Shown: positions 1 to 10,967, counted from the first letter of the stretch. The stretch: 64,000 nucleotides of DNA from an uncultured Desulfarculus sp. (GCA_963665125.2 CAXXUK010000001.1:2336001-2400000), one strand, 5' to 3'. Numbers and translations are program-made. Notes: generated from the letters alone by a model not told the origin.

Positions 1-53
1 CCCTGTCCAAGGGCATGCAAATGGCCGCCGCCTAGCCGCGGGCATTATCAAAT

Positions 54-96
54 AAAACCGCCGATGCTTCCAAGCGGGGCATCGGCGTTTTTTTTG
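54..96. terminator. Intrinsic terminator, probably bidirectional
   Basis: aaaac-CGCCGATGC..GCATCGGCG hairpin flanked by an A run and a T run, just past the stop of the minus-strand porin-like gene. Confidence 0.7.
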
Positions 97-109
97 GGGG
101 CAAAGTGGT

Positions 110-1123
110 CTAAAAACTGAAGCGCATGTTCACGCCCAGCAGCCAGTCGTCCTTGATTTCGGTGCCGTCCTTGGGGTCGACGCCGTTGTCGAAGTAGCTC
201 AATTCGGGCTGGACGATAAGCCTGCGGCCCACCCGGTAAGGCAGGGCGAAGAAGTAGGCCTTGCGCACGTAATTGTCGGTGCGGTAGGCCAGGGCCCTGG
301 TCCAGGCCTCGTTGGCAGTGTACACCGCTCCCGCGCCGCCGGTCACCGACCAGGGGCCGAGGTTGTATTCCAGGGCCAGGTATCCACCGTAGACCTGGGT
401 GTTGTACAGTCTGCCGTCTTCGGTCCACAGCGGCGCGCTGGACGGCCCGTGGAAGGAGAAGTATTCCGTGCCGCCGTTTGCCCCGGCGTCGATGTTTTCG
501 CCCAGGTAGGCCCCAGCCCTGGCCGTCAGGCTGCCCAGGCTGTATTCGACGGGCAGGTAGGCCACCCATGAATTGTATGAATCGTCGTAGCCGGCTGGCG
601 CCTTGTCGTAATCGACCCCGCGCCAGCCGATGCCCGGCGCCGTGTGCAAGGCCCCGGCATTGAGTTCAAGGGCAACGCCCACGCCGGGGGTCTGGCGGGC
701 GTCGTCAACGGAAACCGACGGCGGCGCGCTCAACAGGTAGCTGTCGTTGGCCTCCAGGCCCAGAGCCAGCACCACCTTGCCGTCCCCCATGGGCAGGCGC
801 ATCTTGGGCGAATCCGCGGCGTCCATGTAGCCCCAGCGAGAAAGGAAACTGCGCAGATTTTCCCGCAGCCAGGCCTTTTCACCGCTGTCTTTTACCTGGG
901 ATTCCAGCCACTTGTTCCAGAGATAATCAGAGCCGTCCAGGCCATAGGCCCGGGGCGAAAGAACGTTGTTGTCGTCCAGCAGGGTGGCGGGTCCACCGCT
1001 CATGGGCTGGCCCATGACGTAGCGGTCCAGCAGGTCGTCGGCCATTGCCGCGGACCACACCGCCAGACACAGAGCACACGTCAGGATTATGACCAGCCAC
1101 TTACGCAATTTTGTTTCGCCCAT
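110..1123 (-). CDS. Outer-membrane beta-barrel/porin-like protein
   Basis: Sec signal peptide (..AVWSAAMA-DD), aromatic-rich amphipathic strands, C-terminal ..GVNMRFSF; ATG 1123 preceded by GAGGAAG. Confidence 0.65.
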   Translation of the reverse strand: MGETKLRKWLVIILTCALCLAVWSAAMADDLLDRYVMGQPMSGGPATLLDDNNVLSPRAYGLDGSDYLWNKWLESQVKDSGEKAWLRENLRSFLSRWGYMDAADSPKMRLPMGDGKVVLALGLEANDSYLLSAPPSVSVDDARQTPGVGVALELNAGALHTAPGIGWRGVDYDKAPAGYDDSYNSWVAYLPVEYSLGSLTARAGAYLGENIDAGANGGTEYFSFHGPSSAPLWTEDGRLYNTQVYGGYLALEYNLGPWSVTGGAGAVYTANEAWTRALAYRTDNYVRKAYFFALPYRVGRRLIVQPELSYFDNGVDPKDGTEIKDDWLLGVNMRFSF

Positions 1124-1317
1124 TGCTTCCTCAGGTTGAACTTGCCACAATTAACAAGCATTTCAACAACCTGATACTTTGCCCCTGCTAAAATAATGAC
1201 CTATTTCAGCCGTTTTTTACAAGTGTATATCTATATATCGGATGATACGAGTCTGTCCCTAAATGTATTTGTTAGCAGTCTCCACCATGCCTGTCAACAT
1301 ATCCCCTGGAGATGTAA

Positions 1318-1358
1318 CAAAAAAACCGGCGGCAACCCCTGTTGGGCCTGCCGCCGGC
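1318..1358 (-). terminator. Intrinsic terminator of the mutase operon
   Basis: CCGGCGGCA..TGCCGCCGG stem followed by a T run on the minus strand. Confidence 0.7.
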
Positions 1359-1378
1359 TTAATGCGAAAAATGATTAT

Positions 1379-1780
1379 TTAACCTACCGAACGTTTCAAG
1401 TTGGCCTTGATGTATTCGACAATTTCGTCGGTCTTGGTGCCGGGCCCGAAAACATCGGCTATGCCAGCCTGTTTGAGGGCCGGGATGTCCTCTTCCGGGA
1501 TGATGCCGCCGCCGATGACCAATACATCCTCAAGGCCCTTTTCACGCATCAGTTCCATGATTCGCGGAAAAAGGTAGTCATGGGCGCCGCTGAGCACCGA
1601 AAGGCAGACCACGTCCACGTCTTCCTGCATGGCCGCGCTGACGATTTGCTCGGGGCTTTGGCGCAGGCCGGTATAGATGACCTCCATGCCCGCGTCGCGC
1701 AGGGCCGAGGCGATGACCTTGACCCCTCGGTCATGGCCGTCCAGACCGGGTTTGGCCGCCAGAACTCTTATCTTACTCAT
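1379..1780 (-). CDS. Methylmalonyl-CoA mutase, cobalamin-binding small subunit
   Basis: DGHDRG (DxHxxG) B12-binding motif, plus SxL and GG motifs; directly follows the mutase large subunit. Confidence 0.95.
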   Translation of the reverse strand: MSKIRVLAAKPGLDGHDRGVKVIASALRDAGMEVIYTGLRQSPEQIVSAAMQEDVDVVCLSVLSGAHDYLFPRIMELMREKGLEDVLVIGGGIIPEEDIPALKQAGIADVFGPGTKTDEIVEYIKANLKRSVG

Positions 1781-1790
1781 GGCCGCCCTC

Positions 1791-3452
1791 CTATATCGTC
1801 ACCGGGGCCTGGTATTCGCCATAGACCCCGCGCATGGTGTCACAGATTTCGCCCAAGGTGGCGTAGACGCGCACGCAATCGAGAATGCGCGGCATCAGGT
1901 TTTCCGTGCCCTGGGCGGCGGTCTTCAAGGCCGCCAGATTGGCGTCCACCGCCGCGTTGTCGCGTTCGGCCCGCAGTTTGGCCAGGCGCTTGGCCTGTTC
2001 CTGGCCCACGATGGGGTCGACCTTGAGCCGCTCGCCGGTGAACTCCTCGTTGGTGATGAACTTGTTGACGCCCACCACCACGCGCTCGCCGCTCTCGACG
2101 TCCTTTTGGTATTTGTAGGCCGCTTCCTGGATCTCGCGCTGGACAAATCCCTGCTCGATGGCCGATACGCTGCCGCCCATCTCGTCGATGCGCTTGATGT
2201 ACTCCTCGGCATTTCGCTCGATCTCGTCGGTCAGCGCCTCGACATAATAGCTGCCGGCCAGGGGATCGATGGTCTCGGTGACACCCGTCTCGTATCCGAT
2301 GACCTGCTGGGTGCGCAGGGCGATGGTCACCGAATCCTGGGTGGGCAGGCACAGGGCCTCGTCCATGGAGTTGGTGTGCAGGCTCTGGGTGCCGCCCAAC
2401 ACCGCGCTCATGGCCTGGAAGGCCACGCGCATGATGTTGTTCTTGGGCTGCTGGGCCGTCAGGCTGCACCCCGCCGTCTGGGTGTGGAAGCGGATCATCT
2501 GGCTTTTCGGGTTGGTGGCCCCGAAGCGCTCTTTCATGATCCGGGCCCACAGCCTGCGGGCCGCCCGGTACTTGGCCACTTCTTCCAGGAAGTCCGAATG
2601 CGCGTTGAAGAAGAAGCTCAGGCGCGGTCCGAATTGGTCGACATCCAGGCCCGCCTCAATGGCCGCCTGGACGTAGGACATGCCGTTGGCCAGGGTGAAG
2701 GCCACTTCCTGCACGGCCGTGGAACCGGCCTCGCGGATATGGTAGCCGCTGATACTGATGGTGTTCCACTGGGGCACTTCCTGGGCGCAGTAGGCGAAGA
2801 TGTCGGTGATGATGCGCATGCTGGGCCTGGGCGGGAAGATGTAGGTGCCCCGGCTGGAGTACTCCTTGAGGATGTCGTTTTGGATCGTGCCGCGAAGCTG
2901 ATCCGGCGTCACGCCCTGTTTTTCGGCCACGGCGATGTACATGGCCAACAGCACCGAAGCCGGCGAGTTGATGGTCATGGACGTCGAGACCTTGTCCAGG
3001 GGGATCTGGTCGAACAGAAGCTCCATGTCGGCCAGGGAGCTGATGCTCACGCCGACCTTGCCCACCTCCCCGTGGGCCAGGGCGTGGTCCGCGTCGTAGC
3101 CGATCTGGGTGGGCAGGTCAAAGGCCACGCTCAGGCCGGTCTGGCCCTGCTCCAACAGGTAGCGGTAGCGCTTGTTGCTCTCGGCGGCCGTGGCGAAACC
3201 GGCGTATTGGCGCATGGTCCACAAACGGCCGCGGTACATGTTGGGCTGAACGCCGCGGGTATAGGGATACTGGCCCGGGAAGCCGATTTTTCCGGCATAG
3301 TCCTCGCCGGGCTCTTGGGGCAGATACAGTCTGTCCACCGGCAGGTCGCTGATGGTGTTGAACTGGGCCTTGCGCTCGGGGCGTTTGGCCAGCAGCTTGT
3401 CAACGCTAGCCTGCCACTTTTGCAGACTGCCGTCAAAGCTGGACGCGCTCAT
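1791..3452 (-). CDS. Methylmalonyl-CoA mutase, substrate-binding large subunit
   Basis: [14 protein letters not shown] (Tyr, MCM-type), [27 protein letters not shown] motifs. Confidence 0.95.
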   Translation of the reverse strand: MSASSFDGSLQKWQASVDKLLAKRPERKAQFNTISDLPVDRLYLPQEPGEDYAGKIGFPGQYPYTRGVQPNMYRGRLWTMRQYAGFATAAESNKRYRYLLEQGQTGLSVAFDLPTQIGYDADHALAHGEVGKVGVSISSLADMELLFDQIPLDKVSTSMTINSPASVLLAMYIAVAEKQGVTPDQLRGTIQNDILKEYSSRGTYIFPPRPSMRIITDIFAYCAQEVPQWNTISISGYHIREAGSTAVQEVAFTLANGMSYVQAAIEAGLDVDQFGPRLSFFFNAHSDFLEEVAKYRAARRLWARIMKERFGATNPKSQMIRFHTQTAGCSLTAQQPKNNIMRVAFQAMSAVLGGTQSLHTNSMDEALCLPTQDSVTIALRTQQVIGYETGVTETIDPLAGSYYVEALTDEIERNAEEYIKRIDEMGGSVSAIEQGFVQREIQEAAYKYQKDVESGERVVVGVNKFITNEEFTGERLKVDPIVGQEQAKRLAKLRAERDNAAVDANLAALKTAAQGTENLMPRILDCVRVYATLGEICDTMRGVYGEYQAPVTI

Positions 3453-3467
3453 ACAATACCTCCGGTC

Positions 3468-5033
3468 CTACAGGGGCACGTTGCCGTGACGCCGCACTGG
3501 GCGGAACGTGCGTTTGTTCTTCAAGGCTTCCAGAGACCGGATCACCTTGACCCTGGTGTTGGCGGGCATGATGATCTCGTCGATGTAACCCAGTTCGGCC
3601 GCCTTGTAGGGGCTGGCGAAGTTGGCGCGGTAGTTGGCCACCAGCTCCTGGTAGGCCGCGGCCTTGTCCTCGGCTTTGTCCAACTGCTTGCGGAAGACGA
3701 TGTTGACCGCGCCCTCGGGGCCCATGACCGCGATCTCGGCCGTGGGGTAGGCGAAGTTCACGTCCGCGCCGTGGTGCTTGGAGCCCATGACGTCATAGGC
3801 GCCGCCGTAGGCCTTGCGGGTGATGATGGTGATCAGAGGCACCGTGGCCTCGCAGTAGGCGTAGATCATTTTGGAGCCGTGGGTAATGATGCCGCCGTAT
3901 TCCTGCTGGATGCCGGGCAGGAAGCCCGGAACGTCCACGAAGGTGATCACCGGGATGTTGAAGGCGTCGCAGAAGCGTACGAAGCGGGCGCCCTTGCGCG
4001 AGGCGTCGATATCCAGGCAGCCGGCCATGAACATGGGGTTGTTGGCCACGATGCCCACCACATGGCCGCCCATGCGGGCGAACGCGGTGATCATGTTCTT
4101 GGCCCAGTAGGCGGCGACCTCGAAGAACGTGTCCTTGTCCACCACCGTCTGGATCAGCTTTTTCATGTTGTAGGGCGATTTGGGGCTGTCGGGGATCATC
4201 GGGCCGATCTCCGGACAGGTGCGGCGGACATCGTCGCCGGTGTCCTTGAACGGGGCCTTTTCCTCCCAATTGGAAGGCAGGTAGCCCAACAATTTGCGGA
4301 CCTGTTCAAGGCAGTCCTCGTCGTTTTTGGCCATGAACTGGGCCACGCCGCTCTTCTGGTTGTGGACCTTGGCTCCACCCAGGGTTTCGCTGGTCACGTC
4401 CTCGTTGGTCACGGTCTTGATGACCTGGGGACCGGTGATGTGCATGTAACTGGTCTGGTCGACCATGAAAATGAAGTCGGTGATGGCCGGAGAATACACC
4501 GCGCCGCCGGCGCAGGGCCCCATGATGGCGCTGATCTGGGGCACAACGCCCGAGGCCAGCACGTTGCGGCGGAAGATTTCGCCGTAGGAGGCCAACGAAA
4601 CGACCCCCTCCTGGATGCGGGCGCCGCCCGAGTCATTAAGGCCGACAACCGGCGCGCCGCTCTTTACGGCCAGGTCCATTATCTTGCAGACCTTTTCGCC
4701 GAACGGGCCGGAAAGCGAACCGCCGAACACCGTAAAGTCCTGACTGAACAAAAAGACCGGCCGGCCTTCCACTTGGCCGAAACCGGTTACCACGCCGTCG
4801 CCGGGGATCATGTTTTTGTCCATGTCGAAATCATGGCAACGGTGCACCACGAAACGGTCGAACTCCTGGAACGTGCCTTCATCGACAAACTGATCGATTC
4901 TTTCACGGGCCGTGAGTTTGCCCTTGTCGTGTTGGGCCTGGATGCGTTTTTGTCCGCCACCCAAGGCCGCCTGATCATTCCTGCGCTGTAATTCTTCAAT
5001 TTTTTCGCGCGTGGAGGGGGCCATGTCACTCAT
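3468..5033 (-). CDS. Acyl-CoA carboxylase carboxyltransferase subunit (PccB/MmdA family)
   Basis: [46 protein letters not shown] motifs. Confidence 0.95.
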   Translation of the reverse strand: MSDMAPSTREKIEELQRRNDQAALGGGQKRIQAQHDKGKLTARERIDQFVDEGTFQEFDRFVVHRCHDFDMDKNMIPGDGVVTGFGQVEGRPVFLFSQDFTVFGGSLSGPFGEKVCKIMDLAVKSGAPVVGLNDSGGARIQEGVVSLASYGEIFRRNVLASGVVPQISAIMGPCAGGAVYSPAITDFIFMVDQTSYMHITGPQVIKTVTNEDVTSETLGGAKVHNQKSGVAQFMAKNDEDCLEQVRKLLGYLPSNWEEKAPFKDTGDDVRRTCPEIGPMIPDSPKSPYNMKKLIQTVVDKDTFFEVAAYWAKNMITAFARMGGHVVGIVANNPMFMAGCLDIDASRKGARFVRFCDAFNIPVITFVDVPGFLPGIQQEYGGIITHGSKMIYAYCEATVPLITIITRKAYGGAYDVMGSKHHGADVNFAYPTAEIAVMGPEGAVNIVFRKQLDKAEDKAAAYQELVANYRANFASPYKAAELGYIDEIIMPANTRVKVIRSLEALKNKRTFRPVRRHGNVPL

Positions 5034-5094
5034 CTAAAGTGCCTCCTTGCGGTTGTTAATACGGGGTTTGCTCTACTGTGCTTTGCCCGCCATA

Positions 5095-5150
5095 AAAAAG
5101 CAAGACCGCAGGCAAAGGAATACGACGGGGTATCCCCTTAGCCTGCGGTC
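5095..5150 (-). terminator. Long hairpin (terminator or processing stem) between the biotin carrier and carboxyltransferase genes
   Basis: GACCGCAGGC...GCCTGCGGTC stem, followed by TTGCTTTTTT on the minus strand. Confidence 0.55.
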
Positions 5151-5183
5151 AAATTTTCCAGATGCCCGCATAGGGGCACTCAA

Positions 5184-5396
5184 TCAGCTCAATACCAGCA
5201 ATACCTGCTCGGCCTCTACAGCCTGACCGGCTTCGCATTTAACCTCGGCAACGGTTCCGGCCTCGTCGGCCAGAATAGGCATTTCCATCTTCATTGCTTC
5301 CAGGACCACCACTTCGTCGTCCATGGCCACGCTGTCACCGACCTTCACGGAAATCTTTATAACCTTGCCACCCATAGGTGCTTTAATCTCAGCCAA
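5184..5396 (-). CDS. Biotin carboxyl carrier protein (stand-alone biotinyl domain)
   Basis: EAMKM biotinylation motif in a 70-aa protein. Confidence 0.95.
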   Translation of the reverse strand: MAEIKAPMGGKVIKISVKVGDSVAMDDEVVVLEAMKMEMPILADEAGTVAEVKCEAGQAVEAEQVLLVLS

Positions 5397-5550
5397 TTTT
5401 ATCCTCCCAAGGCGCCCTCTCAGGGCCGCTTTAGCAGTTCCATTTCATCCCAAAATTTGAATCATCGAAGAATAGACTGTGGCTTCGGGTATGTCAAGGC
5501 TAAACGCCAGCGCCCGTACCAGCTTTAAACCTTTGCATTCATCAATGCTC

Positions 5551-5588
5551 AAAAAAAAAGAGGAAGCGGCCAACGGCCGCCTCCTCCC
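5551..5588 (-). terminator. Intrinsic terminator after the LysM lipoprotein gene
   Basis: GAGGAAGCGGCC..GGCCGCCTCCTC stem with a long T run on the minus strand. Confidence 0.65.
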
Positions 5589-5640
5589 CTTATTTACACT
5601 TCAGTTGCCGGGTACTATCCGGCCGATTCCGAAGCGGGAA

Positions 5641-6087
5641 TCACTTCGGAGGGCAGTAGCGCTTGGCGCCTGCCGGCGGAATGTACTTCGGGAACTTCTT
5701 GGCCGTCTCGCGGGCAGCAGCCTTGTCGGCGTCGCTGACATCGCGGGGGATGGTCAAGACAGTGCCGGGATCGATCTTGTTGGCGTTGGAGACCTTGTCC
5801 TTGTTGGCGTCATAGAGCAGAGGCCACAGCCAAGGATCACCGTACACCTGGGGCTTGGCACTGATGGCCCACAGGTCGTCGCACTTTTCAACCGTATAGG
5901 TGGTCGGCAGTTCCGGGGCCGGAGCCGGCTTCTCGGTTACCGGAGCGGGTACGCCTTCAAATTTCTTTACAGGCGGTGGAGCCGGTGCCTCGGGCTCCAC
6001 GCCACAAACCGACGCACAGCCACTGAGCATCCCCAGGGCAATCACAGCCACCAAAACGGGCAGAAACTTCCCTAAAACCTTCCTCAT
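5641..6087 (-). CDS. LysM-domain lipoprotein
   Basis: Lipobox LSG-C, Pro-rich linker, YTVEKCDDLWAIS..YGDPWLWPLLYDAN..IDPGTVLTIP LysM signature; ATG 6087 with GGAGG. Confidence 0.85.
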   Translation of the reverse strand: MRKVLGKFLPVLVAVIALGMLSGCASVCGVEPEAPAPPPVKKFEGVPAPVTEKPAPAPELPTTYTVEKCDDLWAISAKPQVYGDPWLWPLLYDANKDKVSNANKIDPGTVLTIPRDVSDADKAAARETAKKFPKYIPPAGAKRYCPPK

Positions 6088-6286
6088 CACCCAAATCCTC
6101 CTTCCCGTCCATATGGGGTATAGGCCGCAACAGCATAGCCCAAACCACCACGGCTTGGGAGCTGCGATTGCATACGTAATTATAGCCATCTCTGGCTTCG
6201 AGTCCATTGTAGACAGGCCTGGAAAAACATGTCAAATAAAATTGACGCAGGAATTTGATAACATACGCCTGTTTTTCCCCGGCATC

Positions 6287-8074
6287 TTAGTCGAGCTTTT
6301 CCACCCGCAACCCAAGTTCCAACAGTTGACCGCGATCGACCCTGGAGGGGGCGTCGGTCAACGGGCATGCGGCTTTTTGGGTTTTGGGGAATGCGATGAC
6401 CTCCCTGATGGAGGACTGTTTGGCCAAAATAGCCACTAACCTATCGAAACCCAAGGCCAATCCGCCATGCGGCGGCGCACCGAATTCAAGGGCGTCCAGC
6501 AGGAAACCAAACTTTTCCCTGGCCTCGTCATCGCCGATGTTAAGCGCGTTGAAGGTCTTGGCTTGAATTTCCGGCTTATGAATACGGATCGAACCGCCGC
6601 CCACCTCGGAGCCGTTGAGCACCAGGTCGTAGGCCCGGGCCAGGCAGGCCTCCGGGTCGCTTGCGAGCTTGTCCTCGAACTCCGGCTTGGGCGCGGTAAA
6701 CGGATGGTGCATGGCCGTATAGCGTTTTTCGTCGGTGTCGTACTCGAACATGGGAAAATCGGTGACCCAGCAGAAACGCAGATCATCACGGCTGGTCAGT
6801 TCGAAACGCCGGGACAGTTCCAGGCGCAGGCGGCCCAAAGCCTCGCTGACCACGGGCTTGGCATCGGCGCCGAAGAACAGGATATCGCCTTCCTGGGCCT
6901 CCATCCGCTGGTTGACCTCTGCCTGCACCTCGGGTTCGATGAACTTGGCGATGGGCGACTGCCACTCGCCGCCGGCCTTCATCTTGACCCAGGCCAGGCC
7001 CTTTGCGCCGTAATCGGCCACGAACGAAGTGAGGTCGTCGAGGTCCTTGCGCGAAAGGGTGGCCATGCCCTTGCCGTTGATGGCCTTGACCACGCCGCCG
7101 CCGTTCACGGCCCCGCGGAAGACCTTGAATTCGGTCTTTTGCATCAAGTCGCTGAGGTTGGTCAGCTCCAGGCCGAAGCGGATGTCCGGGGCGTCCAGAC
7201 CGAAGCGGTCCATGGCCTCGGCATAGGTCAGCCGGGGCACCTGGCCCATGGCCTGGCCCCTGGTGGCCTGCATGATGGCGTCCACCAAGCCCTCGGTCAG
7301 GTCCATGACGTCGTCCTCGCTGACAAAGCTCATCTCCAGGTCCACCTGGGTGAACTCGGGCTGGCGGTCGGCCCGCAGGTCTTCGTCGCGGAAGCATTTG
7401 ACGATCTGGAAATATCGTTCGATTCCGCCGACCATCAGCAACTGCTTGAAAAGCTGGGGCGATTGGGGCAACGCGTAGAAGCTGCCCCGCTGGACACGGC
7501 TGGGCACCAGATAGTCCCGGGCACCCTCTGGGGTGCTCTTGGTCAGGAACGGCGTTTCCACCTCCAGGAAGCCCTTGCCGTCCAAATAGCGGCGGGCGGC
7601 CTGGGCGGCCTTGTGCCGCAGCAGGATGTTGGCGAATACCTCGGGCCGGCGCAGATCCAGGTAGCGGTATTTCAGGCGGATCGTTTCGTTGACGTCGATC
7701 CATTCCTCCAGCATGAACGGCGGGGTCTTGGAGCCGTTGAGGATCTCGAACTCCGAGACGTAGACCTCGATTTCGCCGGTGCCCAGCTTCTCGTTGGTCA
7801 TGCCCTCTGGGCGGGCGTCGACCTTGCCTTTGAGGGCCAGACAGAATTCGCTGCGGATGGAATGGGCCAGGCTGTGGGATCCGCCGCTGACCTCGGGGTT
7901 GAACACAACCTGGGTCAGGCCGGTGCGGTCGCGCAGGTCCACGAAGATGAGGCCGCCGTGATCGCGGCGGCGCTGGCACCAGCCCATGAGCACAACTTCC
8001 TTGCCCACGTCGGACTTGGTGAGTTGGCCGCAGGTATGGGTTCTTTTCAGTTCGGTAATGAATTTTTCAGCCAC
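6287..8074 (-). CDS. aspS: Aspartate--tRNA ligase (probably non-discriminating)
   Basis: RTHTCG, RDHGG, PEGARDY, LPQSPQLFKQ, FRDEDLRADRQPEF, PPHGG motifs; GTG 8074 with AGGAG. Confidence 0.97.
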   Translation of the reverse strand: MAEKFITELKRTHTCGQLTKSDVGKEVVLMGWCQRRRDHGGLIFVDLRDRTGLTQVVFNPEVSGGSHSLAHSIRSEFCLALKGKVDARPEGMTNEKLGTGEIEVYVSEFEILNGSKTPPFMLEEWIDVNETIRLKYRYLDLRRPEVFANILLRHKAAQAARRYLDGKGFLEVETPFLTKSTPEGARDYLVPSRVQRGSFYALPQSPQLFKQLLMVGGIERYFQIVKCFRDEDLRADRQPEFTQVDLEMSFVSEDDVMDLTEGLVDAIMQATRGQAMGQVPRLTYAEAMDRFGLDAPDIRFGLELTNLSDLMQKTEFKVFRGAVNGGGVVKAINGKGMATLSRKDLDDLTSFVADYGAKGLAWVKMKAGGEWQSPIAKFIEPEVQAEVNQRMEAQEGDILFFGADAKPVVSEALGRLRLELSRRFELTSRDDLRFCWVTDFPMFEYDTDEKRYTAMHHPFTAPKPEFEDKLASDPEACLARAYDLVLNGSEVGGGSIRIHKPEIQAKTFNALNIGDDEAREKFGFLLDALEFGAPPHGGLALGFDRLVAILAKQSSIREVIAFPKTQKAACPLTDAPSRVDRGQLLELGLRVEKLD

Positions 8075-8127
8075 TGTAGCAGCTCCTGACCACATAAAAG
8101 ACCTAAGGCGGCGGATTGCCGCCGAGT

Positions 8128-9402
8128 TTACGCCAATTTCCGCAAAAGCGCCCGGCCCAAGCCCTCCAGGCTCACTTCGTCCTGGCCGCCGTCCTGGGCC
8201 ATGTCCTTGAGCAGGGCTTTGCCGCTTTGCAACTCGTCACCGCCGACGATGAGCACCCGGGCCGAGCCTATCTTGTTGGCCCGGCGCATCTGGGCCTTTA
8301 AGCTCTTGTCCTGGCTCATCATATCGACCTTCAAACCGCCCCGGCGCATGATCTGTGCCTGCTCGAAGGCCCAGGCCCTGGGCTCGGCCCCAAGGGCGGC
8401 GATGAACAGGTCCGGCCCTTCGTGCCACTGATCGCGGTCTTCCACCAGCAGGGCCAGACGCTCCAGGCCGCAGCCGAAGCCGATGCCGTTTTCCTCGGGC
8501 CCGCCCAGCTGGGCCACCAGGCCGTCGTAGCGCCCGCCGCCGGCCACGGCGTTCTGGGCGCCCAGGCCGCCGGCAATGGCCTCGAAAGTCGTCCTTACAT
8601 AATAGTCCAGGCCGCGCACCAGACGGGCGTCCTGTTTGTAGACAACACCCGCCGCGCCCAGCATGCCCTTGACCGCCTCGAAGTGTTCGGCGCAGTCGGC
8701 GCAGTGGTACTGACTGATCTCCGGCGCGCCCTGGCTGGCGGCCTTGCAGCCTTCGGCCTTGCAGTCCAGCACCCGCAAAGGGTTTGAGTGCAGACGGCGC
8801 AGGCAGTCTTCGCAGAGTTGGTCTTTTTTTGCCTCAAAGAAATCGATCAGCGCCTGGCGGAAGGCCGGGCGGCACTGGGGGCAGCCCAGAGAGTTTACCA
8901 CCAGCTCGACGTTTTCCAGACCCAGTTCCTTTAATAAGTGATCCAGCATGACCATCAGTTCGGCGTCGACCATGGGGCCGTCGTCGCCCAGGACCTCGCA
9001 GTTGAGCTGGTTGAACTGACGCAGGCGTCCCTTTTGAGGACGCTCCCGGCGGAACATGGGGCCGATGGTGAAAAGCTTGTGCGGTCCGGGCTGGGCGTAG
9101 ACCTTGTTTTCCACATAGGCCCTGAGCACGCCGGCCGTGGCCTCCGGACGCAGGCTGAGCATATCGCCGCCTCGGTCCTCGAAGGTGTACATCTCTTTTT
9201 CGACGATATCGGTGGTTTCGCCGATGGATCGCAAAAAAAGCTCGGTCTTTTCCAGGACAGGCGTCTTTATTTCCTCGAAACCAAAGGCCCCGAACACACG
9301 CCGGGCCGTGGCTTCGATGAACTGCCACTTGTGTATTTCCGGGGCCAGAACATCCTTCATGCCCCTGACAGCCTGAATGGCCACTTTATCACTCTTTCCC
9401 AA
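8128..9402 (-). CDS. hisS: Histidine--tRNA ligase
   Basis: LRPEATA, FRRERPQKGR, LVRGLDYY, GGGRYDGL; usual hisS-aspS order. Confidence 0.97.
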   Translation of the reverse strand: MGKSDKVAIQAVRGMKDVLAPEIHKWQFIEATARRVFGAFGFEEIKTPVLEKTELFLRSIGETTDIVEKEMYTFEDRGGDMLSLRPEATAGVLRAYVENKVYAQPGPHKLFTIGPMFRRERPQKGRLRQFNQLNCEVLGDDGPMVDAELMVMLDHLLKELGLENVELVVNSLGCPQCRPAFRQALIDFFEAKKDQLCEDCLRRLHSNPLRVLDCKAEGCKAASQGAPEISQYHCADCAEHFEAVKGMLGAAGVVYKQDARLVRGLDYYVRTTFEAIAGGLGAQNAVAGGGRYDGLVAQLGGPEENGIGFGCGLERLALLVEDRDQWHEGPDLFIAALGAEPRAWAFEQAQIMRRGGLKVDMMSQDKSLKAQMRRANKIGSARVLIVGGDELQSGKALLKDMAQDGGQDEVSLEGLGRALLRKLA

Positions 9403-9496
9403 GCCCTTGACCGGGCCCGCAGGTATGGAATTGTCGTGTTATACCGGCTTCCCTTGGCGCGGTCAAGGAGCGGACACTCTGGCGTCCGGTGGATCG

Positions 9497-9542
9497 GCGA
9501 CACGGATGTAGGTTGTCGCGCAAATTGATACATTTTCGTAGC
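9497..9542. promoter_or_regulatory. Two tandem palindromic sites, putative sigma54 enhancer-binding-protein sites
   Basis: GCGACA-cgga-TGTAGG (9497) and GATACA-tttt-CGTAGC (9527), 30 bp apart and ~100 bp upstream of a -24/-12 promoter; the same motif recurs upstream of the second amt. Confidence 0.5.
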
Positions 9543-9626
9543 ATTACCCGGCTCTAAAAACTACCGCCAACATGCTCCTTTTAGATAACATATTGTATTG
9601 GCAACATTTTTCTAAACCATAATTAT

Positions 9627-9642
9627 TGGCACCATGGTTGCT
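9627..9642 (+). promoter_or_regulatory. sigma54 (-24/-12) promoter of amt1-glnK1
   Basis: TGGCAC-catgg-TTGCT. Confidence 0.85.
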
Positions 9643-9728
9643 AATGCTCCTAAGGACAACGCCGAATCAATAACAAACGGCTAACGGCCTCGCGCCCGAC
9701 CTAAAAAAGCAGTAGGAGGACAAATAAT

Positions 9729-10949
9729 ATGGAAAACGCCATCAACGCGGGCGATACCGCATGGATCATTGTCAGCTCCGCTCTGGTGCTGTTGATGACG
9801 CCGGCGCTTGCCTTCTTTTATGGAGGCATGGTGCGCAAAAAAAATATCCTCAGCACCCTCAATCTCAGTTTCATCATGATCGGACTGATCAGCGTGCAGT
9901 GGGTTCTGTACGGCTACACCCTGGCCTTCGGCAAAGACGCCGGCGGCCTGGGCATTGTGGGCGGCCTTAATTACCTGGGCTTCAATGGCGTCACCGGAGC
10001 GCCGCTGGAAGGCCAGACCATCCCCCATCTGATTTTCGCGGCCTTCCAGATGATGTTCGCCATCATCACCCCGGCCCTGATCACCGGCGCCTTTGTCGAC
10101 CGCATCAAGTTCGGCACCTTCCTGGTGTTCAGCCTGATCTGGGCCACCATTGTCTACGATCCGCTGTGCCACTGGGTCTGGGGCGATAACGGCTGGATCG
10201 GCGGACTGGGCGCGTTGGACTTCGCCGGCGGCACGGTCGTCCACATCGCCGCGGGCTTCAGCGCCCTGGCCTTCGCCCTGGCCATCGGCCCCCGCAAGGG
10301 CTTCCCCTCGGTTCCCATGGAACCCCACAACATCCCTTACACCGTATTGGGCGCGGGCCTGTTGTGGTTCGGCTGGTTCGGTTTCAACGCCGGCAGCGCC
10401 TTGGCAGCAGACGGCGCCGCGGCCAACGCCTTTGTAACCACCAACACGGCAGCCGCGGCGGCGGCGGTCGTCTGGATGCTGCTGGCCTGGAAAGACGGCA
10501 AGCCCTCGGTGCTGGGCATCGCCACCGGCGCGGTGGTCGGCCTGGTGGCCATCACCCCGGCCGCCGGTTTCGTAACCCCGCTGGGCGCACTGGCCATCGG
10601 CGCCATCGGCGCGCCTGTGAGCTACTATGCCATGCAGCTTCGTCACAAGCTGGCTTTTGATGAATCCCTGGACGTTTGGGCATGTCACGGCATGGCCGGC
10701 ACCTGGGGCGCGCTGGCCACCGGCCTGTTCGCCGCTCCGGAAATCGGCGAAGCCGCCGGGTTGTTCTACGGCAACCCCGGCCAGCTCTGGATCCAGTTCG
10801 TTTCGGTGGTCGTTACCATCGCCTACGTATTCATCATCACTTTCGTTCTGTGCAAGATCCTGGACGCCGTCATGGGTCTGAGGGTTTCGGCCAAGGCCGA
10901 GGAAATCGGTCTGGACCTCAGCGAACACGGCGAAAGGGCCTACTCGTAG
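9729..10949 (+). CDS. amtB: Ammonium transporter, copy 1
   Basis: FFYGGMVR, FQMMFA, DFAGGTVVH, WFGWFGFNAGS, DVWACHG, GLDLSEHGERAY. Confidence 0.96.
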   Translation: MENAINAGDTAWIIVSSALVLLMTPALAFFYGGMVRKKNILSTLNLSFIMIGLISVQWVLYGYTLAFGKDAGGLGIVGGLNYLGFNGVTGAPLEGQTIPHLIFAAFQMMFAIITPALITGAFVDRIKFGTFLVFSLIWATIVYDPLCHWVWGDNGWIGGLGALDFAGGTVVHIAAGFSALAFALAIGPRKGFPSVPMEPHNIPYTVLGAGLLWFGWFGFNAGSALAADGAAANAFVTTNTAAAAAAVVWMLLAWKDGKPSVLGIATGAVVGLVAITPAAGFVTPLGALAIGAIGAPVSYYAMQLRHKLAFDESLDVWACHGMAGTWGALATGLFAAPEIGEAAGLFYGNPGQLWIQFVSVVVTIAYVFIITFVLCKILDAVMGLRVSAKAEEIGLDLSEHGERAYS

Positions 10950-10967
10950 GCAAGGAGAAGGCAAGCC

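Noticed and set aside
1677..4991. 1104-aa plus-strand ORF and similar long antisense ORFs (e.g. 6467-8089, 9681-11078, 34859-36364)
   Set aside because: Shadow frames opposite well-supported genes; expected from GC-rich codon bias, with no recognisable motifs.
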